The position numbers and the translations under genes are program-made. DNA of 64,000 nucleotides from Allosphingosinicella sp. (GTDB taxonomy: Bacteria > Pseudomonadota > Alphaproteobacteria > Sphingomonadales > Sphingomonadaceae). The notes beneath the pieces were generated by a model, which was not told the origin of the DNA, did no database searches, and worked only from the letters and a program-made list of their open reading frames with translations. Positions 48,301 to 57,093 of this stretch are shown here, one piece after another (the stretch's first letter is position 1; each line of letters starts with the position of its first letter). The stretch is taken from assembly GCA_036386795.1 (NCBI GenBank), contig DASVUZ010000062.1, forward strand, positions 23,710 through 87,709, written 5' to 3'.

Positions 48301-49505
48301 GCGGCTGTGTCGAACACCGCGGCGTCACCATAAACGAGAGCGCTGACCGCATCGGCCTCGACCAGCTCGCGCGCCTCAGCATGCGCGCCGAACTTGGCGA
48401 GGTGGGCGGCGAACCAGGCGTAAAGCCCGCGCAGGTCGGTGGGCGCGCGGCCGTCCTTGCCGGTGATGAGCGCCGCGGCGCGGCCCAACGGCAGCGCCGC
48501 AGTGCTTGCGCCGCCGATTATCGCGCGGGCGAGCGCGCGGCCGCCGAGGAACTCGGCGATCGTCCGGTGAACGGGTTCGAACGCTTCGCCTTCACCGCGA
48601 AACAGCGCTGAGCCGACAAGATCGTCGACGAGCGGCGGGTCGAAACCCAGGGCGCTCGCCGGCAGATTGGCGCGCGCGTCGCCCGAGCGGGGCAGCGCTC
48701 CCGAGCGCCAAAGGAAGCGGCTACCAGTCACGAGCAAGAAGAGGCTCGTTGTGGCGGCCGCGGTGAGGATCGCCTCCGCGCTGGCGCGGCTGCGGTCAAG
48801 TCGATGGACCTTATTCTCTTCGTGGGCGAGCGCGCTGGTCGCCTGATCGAACAACGCAAACCGGGTGGTCGGCCATGGCTTGTCGCCGATCACCGCCTCA
48901 CGCAGCAACTTGAGGCTGAGTGGGCTTTCGAGCAGGCCACCGGCGCCCATCGCGAGCGCGCGGTCGACGAACGACTCGGGGTCGGCCTCGCCCAGCGCCT
49001 GCAGCACGGCGAGCGCCTCGGGGATTTCGAGCGGGAGCAGTTGCGCCACGGTGATGGGAGCGCCCGCGGTGGTGCGGCGGATCGCGTCGAGATCGGCGCC
49101 TTTCTGCCAATCCTCTGCACGGCAGGTCAGCCGCCACTGCGGCGTGCCGGCGGCGCGGATCGCGCCCACCAGCTGATGGACCTTGTCGAGATCGGTGGCA
49201 CCGACGCGATACTCGTCGAGTGCGTCGAGGAACAGCGTGCCGCCTGGCAGGTCAACGCTGTTGTTGATCAGTTCGCGGACCTTGATCACCGTAGTGCCGG
49301 CGGCGGCTGCCTCGACTTCGAGCACCGTCGTTTTGCCGATGCCGGGTTCGCCGAGTAGGACGAGATAGGGCCGGTCGCGCAGCGATGAGATGGTCGCCGC
49401 CGCCGCGGCGTCGCGGCCTCCATCTAGAATTTGGACTCGTCGATCGAGCATCGTTTGTCCGTCTATGGGCTCGCGAAATTGGCGCCGAGCGGTGTCCGAG
49501 ACCAA
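45390..49505 (-). CDS. STAND/NACHT-like NTPase with C-terminal PD-(D/E)xK nuclease
   Basis: Walker A GEPGIGKT, Walker B LFLDALDE, RLTCR, QLLPL; C-terminal RADVLI...IEAK..Y...W. Confidence 0.8.
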   Translation of the reverse strand: MVSDTARRQFREPIDGQTMLDRRVQILDGGRDAAAAATISSLRDRPYLVLLGEPGIGKTTVLEVEAAAAGTTVIKVRELINNSVDLPGGTLFLDALDEYRVGATDLDKVHQLVGAIRAAGTPQWRLTCRAEDWQKGADLDAIRRTTAGAPITVAQLLPLEIPEALAVLQALGEADPESFVDRALAMGAGGLLESPLSLKLLREAVIGDKPWPTTRFALFDQATSALAHEENKVHRLDRSRASAEAILTAAATTSLFLLVTGSRFLWRSGALPRSGDARANLPASALGFDPPLVDDLVGSALFRGEGEAFEPVHRTIAEFLGGRALARAIIGGASTAALPLGRAAALITGKDGRAPTDLRGLYAWFAAHLAKFGAHAEARELVEADAVSALVYGDAAVFDTAAKRAMLANLDRHDPYFRASDVGTTSVGGLACEELSEDLAHAIEKGDGTHRMMTVYEVLGAGPPVASLKPRLRAIALDPARPEWQRTRATDAWLNGQADPAAARRDLFDALSAEPRSAAREAVRAELLSAMPPELITLADLTSLIGDFVRLPDDNVIMRLYGLRSFLVAHPRPALFDAPLDWLSSERGRRHDVEVEDLLDHALAAAIRGTPDLDAPRLWRWLVHAREDKWTNLRNATRPAVAEWLKANPSRELALFESILGTDDPAEGPWMIGTYYIMVAGSPNGQILDHLVTRAAEAKGAIQRRPLAIAVNLARRYDVGQDAYWRLFAFLESMRRSGKRLLRELTVVDIERWRMRQYTRARQTGQAEAKRRSKQLATLRRNIAGIASALYKSTLAWAAEIYFHPRDKKEAAQSGLERVAAESDDAVLDAILTGWRVLATADTPGVHPETLGQFEAKGGHFYSEYAAMAGLDRLRSEGDYDLLTLPLTLAIIVLRSGWITHPSGSREALERWAWDRLNLDPVAGAAALESYWEAILAHGGHSNHWHQAGDDGGGKAVALASAAMLTRHPALPPDTLRTLIAVAAKHLDRAALAGIAAAALAGSALPAKQRAIWGLTLFALDPLGGRDPLSGNDDADLLALCDGISGTRLIDVFPRGSGVEQVAIAAGMFALVAPHAEPYVERRSGRVLQSHRQSDAGNAFLNRLAALATPDATAAIAALKAKLTAYPKWDAALKHAAEQQGRARRDAEFLPPDAAAVAEALAGRAPVNAADLRAVVVNELRRFARELRTGATSPWRDYWNTDAHGKPTTPKIENIARDITLTRLHDRLVKYRIAVALPEAQRRDDSRADVLIVSGASRNLPIEAKRHYHSDLWHAAEGQLQGYVADEGADGYGVLLIFWFGDVAPPPARRDGVVPTSGQELAALLEADLSPELRARTDIVVLDVAALDRAAKRRSNRAPRARKRRRQNLAP

Positions 49506-49600
49506 CTTTATCGGACAGCGGAGCGGGATCGGCCCGCTGTCGATTTGACCCGGAACCGGCGGGCGGCTCGCGGGTATGTCTGTTAGGAGGAAGGCGAACG

Positions 49601-49918
49601 GTGGACAAGAAGCTGCATCGTCGCCGCGCGCGGCGCGCCTGGCCGAAGCTCGTCGCCGCCGCGAAGCGCGGTAAGCCGCTTAGCTACAAGGAGCTCAGTG
49701 CCAGCATCGGAGAGCATTGGCGCGCCGCGAGCTGGTTTCTCGGCGTGATCCAACGCTGCTGCGCGAAGATGGGGCTGCCGCGGTTGCAGGCGCTTGCGGT
49801 TAACCAGCAGACCCGCATTCCCGTCAAGGGCTATTCCGGCAGCCGCGGAAGGCGCGCGCACGCGCGAGAGGTCGAGCGGGTACGCGAGCAATGCTGGCCT
49901 AAGAAGGCGCCGTTCTAA
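49601..49918 (+). CDS. Small winged-helix-like protein
   Basis: GTG start with AGGAGG RBS at 49585-49590; LSYKELS..IG...FLGVI..CC...GLPRLQALAVN. Confidence 0.65.
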   Translation: MDKKLHRRRARRAWPKLVAAAKRGKPLSYKELSASIGEHWRAASWFLGVIQRCCAKMGLPRLQALAVNQQTRIPVKGYSGSRGRRAHAREVERVREQCWPKKAPF

Positions 49919-50927
49919 GCCTAACCGATCTTCAGGTGCTCGGCTCGAGCCGCGACAAGAGATATTGCCGAGCCACTCACTTTACCCAAACGGGTAGAGG
50001 CCCCCGGCGTCGCAGCTGCCGGCGCAGCAAGGCTCTCGGCTATATCTCGGGACAGACGCTACAGCGGCTCATCGTCCTGACCCACTGGGGAATAGAAACC
50101 CGTGCAAAAGGAGACGCCGCGGCCACTTCTGTCAACGACGTAGGCATCACAATGACCGAGAGCTGCGCAGCGAACCCTGATCAGGGTACAGCCTCCGCAT
50201 TGCTCCCACAGCTCATCCACGAGCCGAAAACGAGCGTCCAGCCGTGGCTCGATCTCGTCTTAATCTCGGTCCGCTTCCAGCTCTCGCAGACTCCTTGCAT
50301 TTCCTTTCACCAGTGGAAACCCTCTCTGCGGGGATAATCGACTACAATCAGAGCTTTATGCCTGCTCTGACGATGAAGGCTACCGCGAGTAGGTGAAAGC
50401 GTAGTGAAAGGAATTGAACTTGGTAGACGGTTCCCTCGAAGACATTCGCCACCCTTCGACCTCTCCTTCAGTGACCGTACCGAATGGCGCTCCATGTCTC
50501 AGGCGGGCCTGAGGTCCGGCGCCGACATTCTCTTATCTCCTCACATAGCGTGTGAGACGCGGTAGCGAGGCTAAGTCACAGGGATCAAATCTTTATTTTG
50601 GCACGTCGTGCGAAGCGCAGCTGCGAAAAAAGATAAGGCTAGGATAAGATATCCGCTGACCGACAGGCGAAGGGGGCCCTCCAGCCAGTACGGTCGGGGT
50701 ACGGTCCGGCCGCCGGCGGAGGCGAACCCACGGTTAAACCCCAACAAATCGCGGAGCCGATTGCCGAGAGATTTGATGATTTTTTCCGGGGGATCCTCCG
50801 CTTGCGGGCACCGCGCGCGAGACGGCAGTAAACCGCTATTGTCGGCTCGCCTGGCTACGGCAAATTTGTCCATATTTCGTTCCACCATTCCAAATGCGCC
50901 AGCCGAGCGCCATAGTGCGATGATCAA

Positions 50928-53900
50928 GTGATCAGGAGCTCGACCCTGACGAAATCCGAACCGAGATTGCCGGAAAGCGCCGCGGACGAGCACGACTTCT
51001 GGAAGCTGGGGCCCAGGAGGTTCGAGCACCTCGCGCGGGCGCTGCACGGGGCGCAGCCGGGGATATTCGGCGACAGCCTCTATGGTCCGGATGGCCAAAT
51101 CCAATTTGGTGCAGACCACGTAGCGCATCGGCGCACCAGCTCAGGCCCCGAGCTCGAAGTCGGCCAAAGCAAAGCCTATCGTAGGTTTACCCCTCAGCAG
51201 GTTAGGACGGCCGCGGACCAGTTCCTGGAACATTGGGACGTCCATTGGAGCGGCAAGAACGTCCGTCGTTTCATCCTGTTCGTGGGGTGCGCGATCAAGT
51301 CTCGAGCTGCCCACGACGAGATCCTCACCCAGGTCGCCCGATTCGACGAACTCGGCATCGAGTTCGTGGTCTGGGACGCGAACGCGATCTACGATCGACT
51401 GGCAGGCGCACCAACGGTGGTCCGCGGCCATCTCGACCAAGGGTGGTATGAGCGCCTCTTTGGCCCGCAGGTGGGCCCCCTCACTGGCCTGCAGAAGGAC
51501 CTTCAGCTCGGCGATTTCGGTGCAGCAAACGTTGCCGCTTATGTGGGCCAGCTCAACCTTGCACAGAGTGCCCTGGTTGACGAGCTTAAGCGAAGCATTC
51601 GCCGCGGGGAATCAGAACGAGCGCGAATGACGCTCGAGCAGGCACTGTTCCAGTCAGCCGCTGCGTCTGCCTCAGCGCCAGAGACGAGAGCGAGCATGCT
51701 GCGTCTTCTCGCGGGCCTGCTGATCCGACAGGAGGCGTTCGAGCGGGCGAAAGCACTTTTCGACGAAGCCGACGCCCTGGATGGCGGGTCATCGGAGCGT
51801 GGCCGCGCTATCCTCGCCCTGGAAGCGATAGGGCCGGAAGCGGCCCTGTCCCAAACCGCAGAGACGACATCCCCTGAAGTCATCGAGGTCCGCACGATCG
51901 CGTACCTCAGGCTGAACCAAGTTCAAGAGGCGCTAAGGAGCCTAGCGGACGTTCCCAAAGGGCCAACCGGAGCTGAGACCCTCAGGCTTAGGGCGCTGGC
52001 GCAGCTATTGATCGGCGACCGCGCGAACGCCGTCTCATCCGCCCGCGAGGCCGTTTCACGGGATTCGGACAATCGGGCTTGCCGCCAGATGTTGGCGATT
52101 TGCCTGTTCCACCATGCGCTTTCTCCTGTTGTTGAGCCTATTGTTGGAGAATGGCCACACCCCGTTGATCAGCCACTCGTGCGCGAGAGCGACGACGCCG
52201 TTCGCGACCTGACCGAGGCGTCTGAACTCTTTGCAGATCTGTCCAGCCAGCCCGACCTTCGCGATCGAGACTCGATGGCAGCATGGCTCCTCGGCACGCT
52301 CGCATGTCTTCCTCGCCGTCGTTCCGAGGCTCAGCTATTGCTTGAGCAGCTACTCCTCGGTGATCGGTTTTCCGCGCCAGCGGTCGCCTGGGGAATGGCA
52401 AGGGGGTTGGATTTCGATCGAGTGGCTGCCGGGCGCCAACTTGATGCTCTCATTGCTGAGCGGCCGGATGATCTCGAAATCCGTCTCATTCGAATTGCTC
52501 TGGCTGTGCAGACCCGTGAATTGCCGCTCGCCAAGCGCCTGCTGAAAGAGGGAATGGCGAAGCCGGAGGCAGCGGGCGAGCAGCCGTCGTTCGCCTACTG
52601 GTCAGTAGTGCTTGACCTAGAGGGCGGCCGCCCGCTTTCGAAAGAGGCGATGGCGACTTATCCTTGGGTCGCATTCCGAGCAGCTCTTCGACTGCGCCCC
52701 CGTAAGAAGCGGCTTCAGGAGATCGACCGCCTGGCGAAGGATGCGGCCGCTCCTGGGGGCGATCGTCGAGTTCTATTGGCGGCGCTCCAACACCTCCTGG
52801 AGGGCGGACGGCATAATACGCCGGCCGACGCCGCTCACATACTGATAGAGGAGGTGGACACCGCTGAGGCGATCGCTGTGGCCGCACATGCGCTTTATCA
52901 GGCCGACCGCCCCGGGGAGGCCTTGGCGGCGCTCCAAAACGTGTCGGCCTTCCCCGACTCGAGACTCCCGGTAGATTTGGAACGACTGCGCGTCGCAAGC
53001 TTGACCGCCTCAGGCGAACTCCTCGAGGCGACGCGGGAGAGCCGCCGCATCGCGGAGACGACGCTGTCCCCGGGCGATCTCTGGCAATCCATCAACCTTC
53101 AATTGGCTGTCGGCGCCGTGCCTGCCGCCATCGCTCTGTACGAGCGGCATGCCGACAAATTGGCCGATCCACACCCCGGACATATCCACCTGGCTGCCCT
53201 TGCGCTCCATCACGACCGAGGCGCCGCGATCCGGATTACGCGGACCCTTGCCAGTCATGTTCCGGACGAACTCGTCACCGGTACGTACGGATTGGCGGCC
53301 AAGCTGAACCTGGCAGCCGAGCAAGACATGCTGGTTGAGCGGATACAGGATCTTGGAAGGCGCGGCGCCGAAGGCGTCCAGATGATCTCGGACATCGATA
53401 CTGTCGTGGAGATGATGAAGAAGCGCCGGGCCGCGGCGGACGAGGCCTACGAGAAGTACCAGCGCGGGCACATTCCCATCCATGCGATGGCCCGGTCCAA
53501 TCCGGGAGCGCTCGCGCAGCTCTACCTAGGCAGACTGGTAGTGCCGGAACCGGAGGGCGCGCAACCGCCCCCGTTATTTGCCCGCTACGGGCGCCGGTAT
53601 GAGCAGCCTTGGCCCGCCGAAGCGAGCGACGTCGTCCTGACCGCCGACGTTACGGCTCTGCTCACGGCTCATGGCTCGGGCATACTCGATTCCGTTGAGC
53701 GCGCCTTTCGACCGATCAGGATCGCGCCTGACATCCAAAATGCGCTGGCGGAGATTCGCTCGAGCCTGGAACCGGCCCAACCATCCCGCGTCGAAGCGAA
53801 GCGGGCAGTTTTGAGCCTTCTTGATGATTGTCGACTGAGCTGCCGGTCCTCGGACCTGGAAATTGATACCTACAAGGTGCGCTGGGATCTGGAGGGGAAT

Positions 53901-56900
53901 GATCCAGCGAATACGCTCAACCTTTCGCGCCTCGTATCTCTAATGAAGATAGACAACCGGCGTGAGCTGGGCGCCATCCGGAAGAAGCTGGGGACGACGA
54001 TCGTGGAGCCAGCTATCGGGCCAGCGCCGAAAGCGGGCAGCCAGATTAGCTTGGACGGGGTGATGGTTGTGACCCTGGCCGAGGTCGGAGCCCTCCCTCA
54101 TCTGCTGAACTCCTTTAAGCTCGTAATTGAGCCCGAAGAAGCTGCCACTCTACGGTCGGAGATCGCTGCAGATGAGCAAGCTGCGGTGGTATTGGCCTCG
54201 CTGAACAAGCTCATAAGCCGACTGGCGACAGGGATCGGGGACGGCACCTACTCCTTTGTCCCGCCTACGTCTGACCACGACGACCCATTAGGCCGGTCCT
54301 TCTTCCAAGTGGTCTCTTCCATGAAGCAGCCGGGGTCGACTCTTTGGATAGACGACCGATTCACCACCGCCTTTGAGACCCCATTCTTCCGCACAGTGAC
54401 CACTGCGGAGATTCTCGGGGCTCTGGCTAGGTACGAGCGGATCGACGGTCGGGTGCGGTCGGAATGTCGTCAGCGGCTGCGGAAGGCCCATTGGCTCTTC
54501 CTCGACATCCACGCCGAGGAAATCACCCAGTACCTTCGCGAAGCCGTTGCCGATGGAGACGTCAAGGCAACGGAAGACCTCGCAATCCTTCGGCGGGGCG
54601 CCGCCGCAAACGATCTCAATCGTCGCTGGTTTCAGTTTCCGGATGATGAGGCCGCCAAGAAAGGCGCGCGCGGCGAGCTGCCGTTCCTTCTCGACACTGG
54701 TAACGCCGCCGCGGACGTGCTTCGCGAATTATGGAATGACGAAAGCCTTGCGATCGAGGATGCTAAGGCAGCTTCCTCGTGGCTTGCCGAGTACCTCGAT
54801 CCTGAGTTGCTTTCGCTGAGCGTGCTCGCGCCCGAAGATCCGCGCAACGACCTGCTCGTCGGGCTCCATCTGGCCCAGTTGGTGATGGTGGGCATCCAGC
54901 TCCTTCCGCCCAAGTCGAAGCGCGATCGTCTCCGCTCCTACCTAGACTGGGTGTGGGAAACCGTGATCGACGAACGCTTACGTATGCGGCCGGAGATGCA
55001 GGAGCCGTTCGAGGCGGCTCTCGAGCGATATCTGATCGATCTGCTGGAGGACGACCCTTCACTGCACAGACCGACTTGGATCGCGCTTGCCGGAAACCTG
55101 ATCAATTCGCTGCCGAAAGCGCCGCGCCTTCGATTGCTCGAACGGCCCAAAATCCGAGGCGCCTTCGGAAACCCCGATCACGGCAATATAACAATCGACG
55201 AGCTGCAATTTGACGAGGTCGATTTCTGGAAGGCCGCCGCCTCCGCAAGCGTCAATCAGGCTGCCACACTGAGCACGGTGACAGGGAAACAGGCCACCCT
55301 GCGCCTCCGCCCGGCTACGGATAGGCACGCGGCCAGCCTCGACCTAAAGATCGGCAGGCGAACCTTGCACCTCGATGACTGGCCGGCGAGGGTTGCCGCA
55401 CCAGCACGGGACATCAGGCGCACAGCGATCGCCGAGAAAGCGGACCTTCTCGATATGGCGTCAGATCGGCTGGATCGGCTGGCGGCAGATCTCGCGCGGG
55501 TGCGCCCCGCTTGGAAGCGTCCCATGCGCGTGATGCAGCTAGCGGGCAAAACATTGCCCTCTTGGTACGCGGACCTGGAGGGCGATCTCCGACAGCAGAA
55601 GCCCTTTAAGGCTACAGTGCTGGTCCCTCAGGAGCTGCCGCCGATCCTGGCCTACCTCCGACTGTCCACCGACACAGATCAGGCGGTCGGAGACCTCATC
55701 CGCGAACGTGGACTTATGGTGACCATCCAGCGGTGGAGCCATCTGCCAGTCCCGCCGCCCGAAGCTCTTCTCGATGAGATAGAGCGCGCTACGCCAGCCG
55801 ACATAAACGCACTGATGAACCTCGTGACCGATGCGAGCCGCGGTGTCTGGAGCAGGATGTTTGTGGCGGGAATCTTGTGGGCCCGCGGCCAGGGCGATGA
55901 GGAAATTCGTCCCCGTCTAGCTCGCGCGGTACTCGAGATCGCCTCAAAGGAGGGCGTAGCCGAAGAATGGGCACTCTACAGCACCGCCGCCCATTTCTTC
56001 GCTTCTGAGTTTGCTCGGCTGGACGGGTGGTCCGATCTCACAGCTCGCCAACAACTCGCCGTTGCCTGGGTTCATGCGGGCGAGGTGGCGCAGCGCCTGA
56101 TGGATGCCACTAAAGATCTTCGCCGCACGGCGAGGTGGCTGGAAAGTTCGCGTCTGATTTCGCCGCGAACTCTTGTCCGAGAACGCGCCGGCTATGCGGG
56201 CGACTTCGCCGATCCGTCGCATGTGACGCCGGCACGGCTTCGGCTATTGGCTACCGGGCCGTATCTTGTGGAATTGGTGCGGGACCCCGTATGCGGCCCA
56301 GAAGCCAAAGAGCTCCTCATCGATCATATGGGGGAACGGACCGAAAGCGGCCTGCTGCCGCGCTCGGATACGCTTCAGGCCGGGCTCTGCATCAGTGACT
56401 GTCTCGGCAGCTATCTCGCTGCTGACCTCGGGAGAATGACCGATGAAATCCTCCCTGGGTCGATAATATTCTCCAGAGACGGTCTCACGGACCTGCTTCG
56501 CAGCTCCTTGGAGGAGCCAGCCGACTCGAGAGCGTTCCGTGTGGTGTGGAGTCATCTGCTCGGCGTCACGAGCGGCTTCCTAGCGAGTTCCTCCCTATCG
56601 GCGCTGGCGAGGCGGCGGGTGTACGATCTCGACCTTACTTCGCAGGAAGATGGTCTGCGCCACGCCAGGGAGGTCCTACAGGCGATCACAAGGCTTGCCG
56701 GGGCGAACGGATGGCTTGACCTCGCTCCCGCTATCGACGCCGCGTCGATAGCGCTCTCGCGCGAAGCGCGGGAGCCGGAGGACGAGGATATCCGTTCGCT
56801 GAGCACCATGTTGGAGATCGCATTCTGGCGGGCCCGCCTGGAAGACGATCTCGACGCCCGCACCGCCATCTTCGCCAGAGATCTCGAGCGCCTCGCAGCG

Positions 56901-57017
56901 CACCCAAGGCTCAAAACGGCAGCTGAAGGGGCAGCCGGTCGGTTCGCTACGGCCCTCGCAGGCCGCCACGCGGCGCCGTTTATCGACCTCCTCGCGAAGC
57001 TGCGGGCGCAACGGTAG
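50928..57017 (+). CDS. Giant putative defence protein: Mrr/REase-like nuclease + TPR + PIN-like domain(s) + helical C-terminus
   Basis: 2029 aa; FEHL..LYGPDGQ.QFGAD..QSKAY; TPR-like helices; ADVTALL and LWIDDR PIN-like motifs; no Walker A seen. Confidence 0.7.
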   Translation: MIRSSTLTKSEPRLPESAADEHDFWKLGPRRFEHLARALHGAQPGIFGDSLYGPDGQIQFGADHVAHRRTSSGPELEVGQSKAYRRFTPQQVRTAADQFLEHWDVHWSGKNVRRFILFVGCAIKSRAAHDEILTQVARFDELGIEFVVWDANAIYDRLAGAPTVVRGHLDQGWYERLFGPQVGPLTGLQKDLQLGDFGAANVAAYVGQLNLAQSALVDELKRSIRRGESERARMTLEQALFQSAAASASAPETRASMLRLLAGLLIRQEAFERAKALFDEADALDGGSSERGRAILALEAIGPEAALSQTAETTSPEVIEVRTIAYLRLNQVQEALRSLADVPKGPTGAETLRLRALAQLLIGDRANAVSSAREAVSRDSDNRACRQMLAICLFHHALSPVVEPIVGEWPHPVDQPLVRESDDAVRDLTEASELFADLSSQPDLRDRDSMAAWLLGTLACLPRRRSEAQLLLEQLLLGDRFSAPAVAWGMARGLDFDRVAAGRQLDALIAERPDDLEIRLIRIALAVQTRELPLAKRLLKEGMAKPEAAGEQPSFAYWSVVLDLEGGRPLSKEAMATYPWVAFRAALRLRPRKKRLQEIDRLAKDAAAPGGDRRVLLAALQHLLEGGRHNTPADAAHILIEEVDTAEAIAVAAHALYQADRPGEALAALQNVSAFPDSRLPVDLERLRVASLTASGELLEATRESRRIAETTLSPGDLWQSINLQLAVGAVPAAIALYERHADKLADPHPGHIHLAALALHHDRGAAIRITRTLASHVPDELVTGTYGLAAKLNLAAEQDMLVERIQDLGRRGAEGVQMISDIDTVVEMMKKRRAAADEAYEKYQRGHIPIHAMARSNPGALAQLYLGRLVVPEPEGAQPPPLFARYGRRYEQPWPAEASDVVLTADVTALLTAHGSGILDSVERAFRPIRIAPDIQNALAEIRSSLEPAQPSRVEAKRAVLSLLDDCRLSCRSSDLEIDTYKVRWDLEGNDPANTLNLSRLVSLMKIDNRRELGAIRKKLGTTIVEPAIGPAPKAGSQISLDGVMVVTLAEVGALPHLLNSFKLVIEPEEAATLRSEIAADEQAAVVLASLNKLISRLATGIGDGTYSFVPPTSDHDDPLGRSFFQVVSSMKQPGSTLWIDDRFTTAFETPFFRTVTTAEILGALARYERIDGRVRSECRQRLRKAHWLFLDIHAEEITQYLREAVADGDVKATEDLAILRRGAAANDLNRRWFQFPDDEAAKKGARGELPFLLDTGNAAADVLRELWNDESLAIEDAKAASSWLAEYLDPELLSLSVLAPEDPRNDLLVGLHLAQLVMVGIQLLPPKSKRDRLRSYLDWVWETVIDERLRMRPEMQEPFEAALERYLIDLLEDDPSLHRPTWIALAGNLINSLPKAPRLRLLERPKIRGAFGNPDHGNITIDELQFDEVDFWKAAASASVNQAATLSTVTGKQATLRLRPATDRHAASLDLKIGRRTLHLDDWPARVAAPARDIRRTAIAEKADLLDMASDRLDRLAADLARVRPAWKRPMRVMQLAGKTLPSWYADLEGDLRQQKPFKATVLVPQELPPILAYLRLSTDTDQAVGDLIRERGLMVTIQRWSHLPVPPPEALLDEIERATPADINALMNLVTDASRGVWSRMFVAGILWARGQGDEEIRPRLARAVLEIASKEGVAEEWALYSTAAHFFASEFARLDGWSDLTARQQLAVAWVHAGEVAQRLMDATKDLRRTARWLESSRLISPRTLVRERAGYAGDFADPSHVTPARLRLLATGPYLVELVRDPVCGPEAKELLIDHMGERTESGLLPRSDTLQAGLCISDCLGSYLAADLGRMTDEILPGSIIFSRDGLTDLLRSSLEEPADSRAFRVVWSHLLGVTSGFLASSSLSALARRRVYDLDLTSQEDGLRHAREVLQAITRLAGANGWLDLAPAIDAASIALSREAREPEDEDIRSLSTMLEIAFWRARLEDDLDARTAIFARDLERLAAHPRLKTAAEGAAGRFATALAGRHAAPFIDLLAKLRAQR

Positions 57018-57093
57018 CCTCGAGTCGCGCGAGGTTCATCCCTGTCACATCGCGGTAGCTCGGCCTCTCTGAAACTTACCTGATGGCGTGGCC

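Noticed and set aside
49936-50927. ORFs or pseudogene in the 1-kb gap before the giant gene
   Set aside because: One minus-strand frame looks protein-like but has several stops and no recognisable motif; track ORFs here are unconvincing
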